Source: Paragordius varius
Taxonomy: Eukaryota > Animalia > Nematomorpha
Reading direction: 5' to 3'
Length of the DNA: 64,000 bases
NCBI GenBank assembly: GCA_964247055.1
Contig: OZ176054.1
Span: 4,402,001-4,466,000, forward strand
Below are positions 29,341-41,425 of this stretch, in pieces. Below the pieces are notes generated by a model. The model searched no databases, had not been told where the DNA came from, and worked only from the letters and a program-made list of their open reading frames with translations. A program made the position numbers and the translations under genes. Numbering within the stretch: the stretch's first letter is position 1; the number at the start of each line of letters is the position of its first letter.

Positions 29341-31115
29341 TTATGTTTGAATGATATCCAATACATTGGCATAAGTTAAGGCAATTTGATCTCTGCCATT
29401 ACTCTCGATGTATTTGATCGGTTGGGAGGCTTTATAAAGTTTGGTAATTTTGGATGTATTCATGTCCCATATAAAGCAAAAACCATCGTTTGTACCAATT
29501 ATCAGTTTGGTTTCATCGCATTCTGACCATGTCATATTATTGATCATGCCTTCACATTCACAAATTTTCATTGGATTTAACGGTTTTCTCATATCAATTA
29601 GCTAAATAAAATTGTTTATAAGTTATTTTGTACAGTTTCCTAATTATTATAATTATAAATGTTATTACTATGGATATAACTTAACATTATTTCAAAAATA
29701 TATTAATATTAGTGCTTATTTTGTTTAATATACGCTCATTGTTAAGAGTAAAAATGATCAATTTTTTGTAATTTTTACATTAGTTTTATTTGAGAAATTT
29801 TTAATGCTAAATCATATGTAAAAAATTACGACAAGATCTTTTGAATCCGCAGGCAATACGGTCAAATAATTTGAATTATTTTTATTCCAAGATAATTTTA
29901 CAAATGTTTGGGGACTATCTTCATATAGTATAGTTGAATGTTCCAAATGTCTCAAATCAAATATTCTTACAGATGAGTCGGCACTTACTGTAGCAAAAAG
30001 ATCCTTACTCCCTCCACATTGACAAAACGCAATGTCACACACCTCTTTATCATGGGCAACTATTTGATTGATTAGTGTTGCACTAATTTTCGATTCGGGT
30101 GAATATGAACTTATAGGTTGTTGAGTCTAATATAAATCATATAGAGTATGAATAAATTGCGATACTTAAACTGCTGCCCAAAATGCTTTTTTATGGCCCT
30201 AAAATTTTATTATAAATATCCGCAAAGGTGTCAAACAGTATTAAAATTTTATCGCTATTATCGCCCTTAAGACAAAAAAAATTTTTGGCCCTTTAAATTT
30301 TTTTTCGTTAGTATCACCGCTTTATAGTTATGATTCGTCGAAACAGCAAATCATACTTTTTATAAGTCTATTTTGGCATTTGTTTTTTAAGAACGAAAAA
30401 TGCGTTTAAAACCCACTAAAAACTAAAGAATCTGCATGTGTTCGTTACCTTCAAATTAATATGTGACTAATATCGAATATATTTAAATAGCTGTTATAGA
30501 TTAAAGGGATAATATTTAAATATTGTTGACTATATTTTGTTTAGAATCCTTTGTCCATTTTTAGATATCAATATTTCAAAGTTTTTAAAATTATTAATTT
30601 ATTTGTTAATGTTATATATAATATATACCTCCAATGACCATATAGTGCAAGTAGTGTCTATACTGCATGTAGCCAGCAAATTTGGATTTATTGGACTCCA
30701 ATCAAATGATGTCAGGGGGGCGGAAAAATCTAGATCATTATTCTAATATAGTTTTATGATTCAACCTTTTCGAATTCGCAAAGTAGATTAGGATTAATTT
30801 GGCTTACATCATATATGCGCAATATATCACTCGCTGTTGCAATAAAATTTGTATTCTGAAATTTAAATAACCGCTACCTTAGGCATATATTTAATTTTTG
30901 AAGCAGGATATAATTCAGATATTTGACATAATTCACTCTTGTTTTCAAGGCTAAAAATTTTAACCTAATTGAGTGAATATCCATACTTTGTTATGAGATT
31001 TTTCTATAAAACTACCAACTGCTATGTTGACTAGATTATCCCATGAACAGGCAAATAAGGGATCGAAAGAAGAAAACTGAAATAGCGGTGTGCTTGTCAT
31101 ATTGGAATGACCCAT
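29341..31115 (-). CDS. DCAF7: DDB1- and CUL4-associated factor 7 (WDR68/AN11 family WD40 protein)
   Basis: [22 protein letters not shown]...[54 protein letters not shown]. Start at 31115 or 31100. Confidence 0.92.
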
Positions 31116-31771
31116 TGTGCTAAACAAATGTAATCATCTGAGTTTACAGTTGTATTGTGCAAATGAAATAATTGACGCTTAATTTTCTTTGCAAAGCGGT
31201 TCAGCATTTTTGAGCTTAAATATAAAGACATATCTGTTTTTAAGTTATTAATAACACGGTCCCAAATTAGGTGCAAAGATATTCTGATAAAATATATATT
31301 TTTAAATATAAATGCATTGAAATATTTGCAGAGGCGTTTTTATATCTAACGAATGGTGAAAATTGCCGATGGGGATGGATATTTTTTGAATTAATCTCAG
31401 TATAACATCATCGCGTTTAAAAATTCAAAATTTGGCAATTTGGTGAAGTAGCCTCGAACTCCTATAATAGTGTTTGAATCATTTACTTACACACTCGAGT
31501 TTGTAAACTGTGTTATTAGATAAAAATATATATCTTTTATCCTAAAGCGATAAAACTGCGTCAAAAATCAAAGGTATAGGAAAATGATCGATAAATATAT
31601 TATGGGAAAATGTATCAGAATTATCATGGTGCTTTTGGTTTTGGCCCTTACGAATGATATAATTACACTTTTGTGGTACCTCTATAACAGAGAATGGCAA
31701 AATTTGAGAATATTTAAATATTATTTTTTTGGTGAAATCAAAATGCTCTTTCCGAAAATTTCAGTAAATTA

Positions 31772-34662
31772 CACTGTGACACAACTTTTTCTGGACTCGA
31801 TTTTCTAAATATTTTCTGATTCCTTATAGTATTGTGATCAGATTTGCGTAAAAAATTTTTTTACTTACCCAGCTCGTTTTCGAGATATGGGACTTTTTCC
31901 ATATTTGGACATATCCAAAATTTTCTTGTTTGTAAATATTTTTCGCTATGTAAACAAATAATATGTGGCTTACATAAGTATTTTTACAAGAAATTACTAA
32001 TTTATCTTCAAAATATAGAAAAAATTTACTCAAAATATCCAATACTTTTTGTTTTAGGGGGCAAAAACCCTCAAAAATTGGGTAACTTAACATATTTTCA
32101 CACAAATATTTTTTATCAATTTATTAAATCAAAACAAACTTTATTATAGTTCTTGGATGTTAATAATGTTTGTTTAAGTATAAATATCTTTTTGTAATAG
32201 CTTTGTGGACTTTAATTTTTAAAAATAAATTTAATTTTTACAGCTTTTTTGCTGTTTTTTTATGTAAAAATGATTTAATTTACTCAGCTGTAAATACTAA
32301 TTTCATTTTTTCATCTGAAATTTTTAAATATTTACATGGTAAGGAGCAAGCCTGTCACACCCTTTTCTGGATACCTCGATGATGTATTCAAGAATACTAA
32401 ATTTTATGCCTTAAAATATAATCTTAACCATGTAGGATGATAGTCGGGTTGTTATGTTTAATAATTTACCTTATATTAGTTAGCTTATGAAAATATAATA
32501 TTATCCTTCTCTCTTACCTTAGTGCATAATACACCTTTGTCCTTGTTACGCTAAAAATGTGTATTATCTTGATTGTGAATGCTTTCATCTAAGGGCCATG
32601 TGAATGATCCAGTTGAGCCGGCTCCTTTACCACTTTTAATAATCCGAGTGAATGAGCCTTCCTCATCCTGTTGAGATGGAAGAATTTTTAATCCTGGTTC
32701 AGGGTTAAGGTTATTACAAAAGCCGATATCTCAAGAACTAGGAAGAATTTTTGGAATCTGAAAACTCTATTAGCCTAAATAAAGTAAATTTAATATATGT
32801 ATATGGTAGGTTATGGAAATTTTGGACATGTATCAAAAAATATTTTTCGGGCAGATGCTTACTAAAGGTTATAATGTTTTAGTGCTTTATTTTTGTATAT
32901 TTAGGCAAGAAATGGTAGTTAGTTGAAGTTTATAAGCAATTCAACTGAATATTTAGAAAATCATTGTATAACTACTGATATGTTTTTTCAAGAATTTAGA
33001 ATATGTCATCATATAATATTTTCCTTACTTGAAACCATTCTAAATGGTAAAATCATCAGGAATACTATCGAGTATTTTTAAATTTGGTTTATTTTAGACA
33101 TGAAACTCTGCTACTTACTAATGATAATCGGAGTATTCGGTAATACATATTTCCATAAAAGCGATAGGTAACATTGACGAAAATGAGTTAGCAAACTTTA
33201 TATCAGAAGATCAGACACACCTATATTGAATAGCCATCAGACAGGAGTAGATCAAGAAACGATTTAATTTGACATAATTTTATTAATAATTTATTTTTAC
33301 ACAATAAATGAATATATTTTATAAATATTTAAATATTGATCATTTCTTCGGCTAAAGCCTCCCAGACCTTAAGCTTTTCATTATTTCTGAATTTATTTAC
33401 GGATTCATAAAGAGGCACAGATATGTAGAAATTAATTGGCTCATTCACAGGCCCTAAATATCAATGCAACATTGCTTTAAAACTATATATAATGCAATAT
33501 ATTTTATACACGATATATATAATTTTTTATGCTATAATAAATTCTTTTTTTCGCTTATTACACGGGTAAAAATATTGTATCTCACAGCAAAAAATCTATG
33601 TAAACTATTTAGAGGGGGGCGTTTTTGGGCCGTTCGAGTAGGAAGCACTCATAGAGACGGTGAATATGCAAAAAATGCTTTTCGTATCGTATCGTCTTTG
33701 TGTAATGGCTAGCCATTGTATCCGTATAGAAGCTGTCTGTAATATTTGCGATCCTGCCAGGCGTTATCATCAATGTTGGCAACATTTATATCATTATTTA
33801 TTGTTTTTTTCCAGTTAGATGTTGGTCTACCCCTGTTATTGTTACCTTCGAGCTGGAGTGTAACTTATTGGGGTGGAATAAATCCGCTTTTCTATGTTCA
33901 TTAGTTTTTTCTCAATTAAATGTCATCGGCCAAAGGTAAGAAAGAAGGATAGTATATTTTCATAAGCTAACTAATATAAGGTCAATTTAAACATAACAAC
34001 CCGTCAGTCATCCTAAATTTAAAATAAACAATTACTTGGTTAGGATTTTATTTTAAGGCATAATAGTATTGTTGAACACATCATATATGGATATTTAAAA
34101 ATTTCAGATGAAAAAATGAAATTAGTATTTACAGCTGAGTAAATTAGATTATTTTTTAGATAAAAAAGACAGCAAAAAAGCTGTAAAAATTAAATTTATT
34201 TTTAAAAATTAAAGTCCACAAAACTATTACAAAGTGATATTTATACTTAAACAAACATTATTAACATCCAAGAATATATAATAAAGTTTGTTTTGATTTA
34301 ATAAATTGATGAAAAATATTTGTGTGAAAAAATGTTAAGTTACCCAATTTTTGAGGGTTTTTGCCCCCTAAAACAAAAAGTATTGGATATTTTGAGTAAA
34401 TTTTTTTTTATTTGAAGATAAATTGGTAATTTCTTGTAAAAATACTTATGTAAGCCACATATTATTTGTTTACATAGCGAAAAATATTTACAAACAGGAA
34501 AATTTTGGATATGTCCAAATTTGGAAAAAGTCCCATATCTCGAAAACAAGCTGGGTAAGTAAAAAAATTTTTTACGCAAATCTGATCACAATACTATAAG
34601 GAATCAGAAAATATTTAGAAAATCGAGTCCAGAAAATTGACCCCATATTTTGTTGCACAGTG
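31772..34662. mobile_element. Foldback / long-TIR DNA element (2.9 kb, arms of about 730-750 bp, CACTGTG...CACAGTG termini)
   Basis: 31787-32520 is the near-perfect reverse complement of 33933-34636. The left flank is TA; the right flank reads TT. Confidence 0.88.
33690..33900 (-). mobile_element. LINE 3' end remnant inside the foldback element
   Basis: EG.NNRGRPTSNWKKTINND...WQDRKYYRQLL, a typical non-LTR ORF2 tail. Confidence 0.65.
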
Positions 34663-35039
34663 TTATATTTTAAATCTATATGCAGCAAAAAAAATTTAAT
34701 CAAATTTTTTCGCTCTTCTAAAATGGGCTAGTTCTCTTAAAACATACGCAAAAATGTCTGGATTGCACTATAAAATTTTTTAATATATACTGCTTTTTGG
34801 TATCAACTAAAAAAATTCTTTAAATGCATAATCTTTAGCAAAATTTTGTTAAAGCACCCTTCTTACTATTTTGCATGATGGTAACCAAATACAAACGCTA
34901 GATACAATAAAAACCCTTTTTCTATATATTTCTAACTCACAAATCTGATTATATTCATTGCTCTTTAAATTTAGTTTATAAAATGTTTTTTTTTGCTTAA
35001 AATAATAAATTAAAATAAAGCGATAGACATATTCAGCAT

Positions 35040-35510
35040 AATTTAAAACGTTTTTATACCGTTTCCATCATGCCTAAAACTAGTATGAACTACGCTTTAA
35101 CAAAATAAAATGACATTTTTGAAAAATGTATGCATTTTATTAAAAATATTTTTAATTGATATAAAAAATCGGAAGATATTTATTTTTCGCACAATCCCGG
35201 CAAGGCGTTTATTTTAAGAGAATTAGCCCATTTTATAAGAAAAATTCAATACTTTAGGGCCCACATCTAAAAATTAATTTTTTTAAAAAAATGTTGTTTG
35301 CTTTTTTAAGTAATTTATGGTATATTTTAGTGATATTTTTTAGAATGAAGCATTTAGCTTTCACCAAAAAAATGTGCTCAAATTTTGCAATTTCTGATAT
35401 GGACCACTTACCACAAAAGTGTTGATAAATTCGTTATATTATTAGTAAGGGTAAAAACCATAAGTAGCATGATATAAAACATTTTCTAATCAGAATATAT
35501 ATTCAAAAGG
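35040..35510 (-). repeat. Family C repeat, reverse copy
   Basis: Reverse complement matches 49125-49580 (TACCGTTTCCATCA, GCATTTAG.TTT, CCAC.AAAGTGT). Confidence 0.65.
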
Positions 35511-35813
35511 TTATTGCGGACACTTTGTAATTCTTCATTAATTAGGTTATAATAAATTTAAGAGAAAACTTTTTAGTATTTCATTTAAACTATCGCTATC
35601 AGTTAATTGTCCCATCAAAGATATAGAGTATTTATTTTAAATAAAATTTTCTAAATAAGACGAAGATTCTTATAATTTTTCGCGGTTATGTTGTTACAAT
35701 TGAAATAAATTACTGTTGTTTATTAACAATTTAGCGATGAAATTTAATTTGTACTATGTCTTACAGTTATAAATAACATATCTTTTTAAAGTTAACAATA
35801 ATTACACAATTAA

Positions 35814-36300
35814 CACTCCATGACCGTGGTAGTTTTATATCCCAGAGCGATTTAATATTTGAATAACTTAAAAAGTATATAAGATATTAAGCCAAATGAA
35901 AAAATATGCTTTCTTTAGCCTTTTAGTCGCATTATATAAAAATTCGTAAAAAATTGTAAAAAATCCTCATCTCAAGCTTTTTGCCGCCATTTTTTTATAA
36001 ATTTTATTAAATCGCTAATGCAACAGGCAAATAAATGTATATTATGGTTAGAAAATAACAATTCATTTTAAAAAGCTATCAGGCTACATTTTAAAAAACT
36101 TTATATAGATTTTAATATCAGTTGTATTTGTTTTGATCGGAGCTGTCCCAATTTTAGACAAAAGTCACAAAACTGTAAAAATATAAGCTTTTTATCTAAT
36201 ACATGAGAACGATGTTGGTAATTAAATTTTAACTAAAATCTAAAACAGTATTACAAAATAGAGTTCTGGGATATAAATCTACTCCAATATGTTAGCACAA
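35814..36300 (+). mobile_element. Family B MITE, right end not found
   Basis: TTAA|CACTCCATGACCG...ATATCCCAGAG.GATTTAA; colinear with 10361-10800. Confidence 0.7.
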
Positions 36301-37068
36301 ATACCGAAAATGGATTGATTTTTTGTGGGGTTATTAAAAATATTTTCAAAATATATCCGTGATTGAGCAAATGTTTTTAAAGGTTCGCGGAATTGATGAA
36401 TTTAGGAGACTTTTACATGCATTGTTCAAATATTAGCAGTGTCAAAAATTTCGTCTTCTTTTGTTAGGTGAATTAGCCAAAAATTATCAAATAACATAAA
36501 ACCTAAATATACATATATAGTTTCCGATATAATATTAACCATATTTTTAAATCTGTCCCCGCCTGTAAAACATCTAGTTTTAATTGATCATAGGATTTTT
36601 TATCACCTCGGAATCAAGCTTTCTTACCTCAAATCCTTTAATCATAAATTTTTTTATAACATGAAGTAAGCCATGACTCGAAAAACTTGAAAAATCACCC
36701 TACGCTCTATTTAAAAATCTAACAATTTAAACAAAAATTTTAGATATAGGCTGATTAAGACATACTTTTTGGACCCCTCCAAAATCTATAAATAAACGCT
36801 AATATTCAGAGATTGCGAACATTCTGCTAAATTATCAGATCAAAATTTAAAAAACATACTTTTTCAATAATATAAGTTCTAGCAGAATTATGATGAAGCG
36901 TTCTTTATAGTATTTTCACGCATGTTGGACACGGTATGAAAATCATTTATGATAAAAACACTTTGCTATATAATTTGTTTACGGTATGATTTTCTCCAGC
37001 TTAGATCAGATTGAAAGCGTAATTTGCATTCAAATTTAAGTTAAACCTTGTATAAATAACAATTATAA

Positions 37069-37574
37069 TACTTCCTGACCTTTTGGGGAAGTTTTTTATC
37101 CCAGGGCGATTTTATTGAATATCTTAAAAAGTAATTAAGGTTTTAGGCCGAATTTAATAAAATGCTTTCATTAGCCTTTTAGGTGCATAATACACTTTTT
37201 TATAAAAAAATTAAAAAAAATCCTCTCAAACTTTTTTGCCGTCATTTCTTTCTTTAATTTTTTTAAATCGCCAATATATGTAGATTATGGTTAGAAAATG
37301 TAAATAATTAACATCCGTAAGCTTAACGGTTTTATTCACCAGCAATTGATATTTATTGATTTTGAAATCTGATGTTTTTTTGGAGGTGTCAAGTTTCAGG
37401 CTCTGGAAGTTAAATTGTTAAAAATATAGGCTTTTTTATCTAATTAGGAAAACATTGTTTGATAATTAAATATTTGCTATGATAACTTTTAAAATAGTAG
37501 ATTTACAATATTGAGCTGTGGGACACCCACCCGAATATATTATCTAAAACAAAAAGTGAAAAGGTCATGAAGTG
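37069..37574 (+). mobile_element. Family B MITE
   Basis: ATAA|TACTTCCTGACC ... GGTCATGAAGTG|TTAA. Confidence 0.75.
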
Positions 37575-37848
37575 TTAAAGTGTTAGATATAAATTACGTT
37601 CACAAAAATTCACACAAAGAAAGCAAATGAACCTTTTAATCAAAATTCTGAGGTGAGAGAAATGTTATGTATCAGCGAATTCTATAGAAAGTGTTCTAGG
37701 TTTTAAAACATTTTCATACCGTTTCCACCATCCATATTACCGTGTTCGCTTCAATAAGAATATTGAAATTTAATTTTAAGAAAACTATGCATTTTTTCGA
37801 AAACCTTTTTGACTTGGAAATTGCTTGGAATTTTTGTGATTATTTTAA

Positions 37849-38388
37849 CACTTATAAAACACATTCATTTCAGTCTTTCATTTCGATGTGGGGTAACTAG
37901 AGACCACGGTTTGAAAATAAATATTTTAAAAAATATGGAATAAATAAAAATTATAGCAAAAGCTTGCACCCATAGTTGAACCGAAATATAAAAGGAGATA
38001 TTTACAAAAAACTGGATATTACTTATTTTGCTGAACGTAAAATTTTAGCTAATATAACATGTAACTCTTAGCTATATTTTAAAAATAATGTGAAACATAC
38101 CACTTTTTCTGTTATTATTGTAAAATGTGATTTTAAAAAATAACTTTAATTTTAGCGTTAGAAAAAAACGATATTTTGCAAAAATGTAGCAAAATAATTA
38201 TGGCGGGGAAGTGGTTTGATATGGATCCTTTTTCAAAACTTAATTTTATTTATATATTTTTGCTTATTTGTATATTTTTTATTAGAATAAAGCCTGAATT
38301 TAATTTAAAACCGTCATCAGTAGTTTTTTCATAATATATATTTATTATAAGTTCACTAGTTACCCCAATTCGAATTGTTGAAGTCTTA
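37849..38388 (-). mobile_element. Family A MITE (copy A6, older and more diverged)
   Basis: TTAA|CACTTATAAAACAC..CAGTCTTTCATTTCGATG at the left; CCCCAATTCGAATTGTTGAAGTC at the right. Confidence 0.65.
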
Positions 38389-39109
38389 GCCCCACGCTTA
38401 GCTGTGACTAGCTCACCGATAATTATTCTAATAAAAATCCTCAAATTAATAGAGGAAATGGAAAAAATTAATAATAAGATATAAACTAGATAGGATGTCT
38501 CTAAACATTCTTTAGGGGGTCATATGCTTATATATTGCACCAATTACTTAAAATTGGCCATATTAAAACTGTCCCTTATTGATCAACTATCATCGGACTT
38601 ATTTTAAGATTGTTTTTATATAATATTACTCGAATGTTTTATTGAGGGAAAGTGTTCTCACATAGGCTGGGACTAAATTCAAAGGATTTAAAAAGATAAT
38701 TGATTTGTGATCTTATTTATAAAGGATAGTATAATATGACTATACAAATCCTAGAAATGTGTTTTCAACAATATGTATTTTTGGTGGCATATGTTATAGA
38801 TAAAGAGCATCAAAAATCTTAACCCTAATACAAATAGTAAGATTGGTAACAAAGTTATTTTATTTTGCCAAAAAAATCTTTTGGATTTTTATGGGTATTT
38901 TTTGTGAAACGTCATTTAAAAGAAGCAGCTAGTTACAGGAGCTAATTTTAATACAACTGCTCTGCCAAATTAACTATATAATTAAAATACTAGTTTTATT
39001 TACATATCGTTATATGTAGATAAGTAAAATTTATTTAATTTTTAAAATAAAAAAATATGAAAAAGACATCTAATTAATCTTTGGAAAATTTAAAATTACA
39101 GTCCATGCA

Positions 39110-41030
39110 TAAGGTGACCAGACGTCCCGCTTTTGGCGGGACAGTCCCGCTTTTTCACACTTTGTCCCGCGTCCCGCTAGGTTTTTAATATGTCCCGCTT
39201 TTTCACGATTATATAAAAAAAATATTTTTAATACAAATAAATTTATCTGTTATCATTAAATATATTTAAAATCTATATAAATTTTAAATTAATAATTATT
39301 TTTTTCGAATTTATATCATATGATTATACACTTTCCTTCCTACTACTACTGTCATCATTATCAAATAGCGAAGTTAATACCACAAATCTTTAAAAGACAA
39401 ATTGATACCACAAATCGGTACCTTAAACGTTTATTCCAGAAAATTAAGGTAATATAATATTTATTATACTAATAGTAGTTTATAAATATGAGCACAAAAA
39501 GAGGTTGTAAATTCAACGATGAATTAATGAAAGATTTTCCTTTTATCAAAAAAACGAAGAATGAATCATCTGTTGAATGTATTATTTGCGAGGGGGAATT
39601 CACCCTAGCACATGGCGGCAAGTATGATATTACAAAGCTGGAAACACAGAAACTTAAAAAATGTTTAGATATGGCAACATCATCTTACAAAATGAGCGAT
39701 TTTTTTCGAAAAACCGTTTTTGGAGAGGAAGAAAAGAATTTGGCACTAGCTGAGGGCGTGTTATCTTTTCACGCTGTTAATCACAATCATTCCTTTTGAT
39801 CTATGGACTGTACCACAGAGTTTATTCGCACGTTATTCCATAAAAAATTTACATGTGCCCGTACAGGGGTGTAAACCATTGAATGCAATGTCCTTTCGCC
39901 ACATGCATTTTCTGAAATACAAAAAGATTTGCTGAAAATTAATTTCATATCGCTATACTTTGATGCATCAAATTACAAGGAAACAAAATTATTTCCCACT
40001 TTAATATGATATTTTGATTCAGAAACCGGAGTAAAAATTAAAATTTTAGATTTAATTTCTCTACCCGGTGAAAATTCCGAAATAATATTTACTTCAATAA
40101 TGCATATTCTAGAAAAAAATAATTTAAAAGACAAAATTATCGCATATTGCGCTGACAACACCAATACGAACTTCGGTGGAAAAGCAAGGAGGGGAACGAA
40201 TAATATTCATAAATTAACAGATAATCATTATCAAAACATTATTGGCGTTGGGTGTGAAGCGCATATAATACACAACGCTATTCAAACAGCTGCTGATTTG
40301 TTACCACTAGATGTGGAAAATGTAGTTGTTATAATATATTCCTATTTTTATATATACACGGTACGTGTTGAAACGCTTAAAGAATTCTGTGAAGATGCAG
40401 AACCTCAATATCAAAAAATGCTTGCATATTGTAAAACTCGTTGGTTAGCTTTTATCAGCTATCGAAAAAATTTAAAAAATTTATAATCCTTCAAAATCAT
40501 TTTTTTATCACAGGACAAATGTCCTACAACTTTAAAAAAGTTTTTTGAAAGTGATTCTTCAAAAATATGGTTAGAATTATAATCAAGCTTCTCTCTTTCA
40601 AAATGTTATAGAATTTATAGAAGGTGACAAAACTTCGGCAATCGAAGTAGCCAATGAAGTAAGTAACCTAAAATTCCAATGTCAAGAACGGTTAGAAAAT
40701 AATTTTATACCATTAACCATCCGCAATATAATAAATTTAGAAAAACAAGGCTTAATAAATCGCCAAGATATCCTGTACCATATAAAAATGTTTTATACAA
40801 ACTGTAAAGATTATTTGGAAGACTGGACATTTTCATTGGATAACATTAAAATCAGAATTTAATTGGTGCGATGTTCAAAAATCATTTGATTATATCTGTT
40901 CCTAAAAATTCTCAAAAAGTAATCTTTCAGAAAATGATCTTTTTTCTGAAGAATCATTAGTTAAAAGATATATTAATAATGAAAAACTTAAATTATGGAC
41001 AAAGAAAAATTATATAAATAAAGACTGTAC
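39110..41030 (+). mobile_element. hAT (Blackjack-like) transposon with decayed BED-finger transposase; right TIR missing
   Basis: Left end AAGGTGACCAGACGTCCCGC...GGGACAGTCCCGC with five GTCCCGC repeats. Fragments ECIICEGEF..AHGG, ISLYFDASN, YCADNTNTNFGG, GCEAHIIHN, KTRWL. Confidence 0.88.
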
Positions 41031-41425
41031 TAAAATTTCTCTAAATATATGGGAAATACCTTAAAAATTATTTATTTGGTCTCATTGTGTGCAAAAAAGG
41101 CTACGTTTTATTATAACGAGTGGCGTTTTTACCACTTAATGACTTTCTGGGGTAGTTCCATCTCCTATGACCATATAAAATTTATATATCTTTTTTTAGC
41201 GTTGGGCAACATTAATGTATTTTTTTACATATTATAGGGGTATATTTAAGTTTATTTTAATACATTAAAGTTTTATTTTAGCACTTAATCGTGTTTAAAA
41301 TATATTAGATGGAATTTATTTCAAATCCAAATTGTCTTATATTTGAACAATTGACATTATTTGATAAAAGCACTTGCTAACAACTACTGCGTTGGTGGTT
41401 TTAGCTCTCATTATAACATCTGAAA

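Larger units (their letters stand above)
31560..34910 (+). repeat. Family C repeat split in two (31560-31771 and 34663-34910) by the foldback element
   Basis: The two halves together match the intact copy at 49125-49580. Confidence 0.6.

Noticed and set aside
31824-34579. ORFs 31824-32105, 31844-32149, 32170-32382 and 34340-34579 (near-identical mirrored peptides)
   Set aside because: They lie in the two arms of the foldback element, have no recognisable motifs, and have AT-driven composition.
38250-38444. 64-aa minus-strand ORF MRIFIRIIIGELV...
   Set aside because: It coincides with the left end of family A MITE copy A6.
41040-41411. Possible divergent partner gene starting 14 bp upstream of symplekin (minus ATG at 41411)
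   Set aside because: The frame closes after 24 codons, and no consistent splicing gave a plausible protein.
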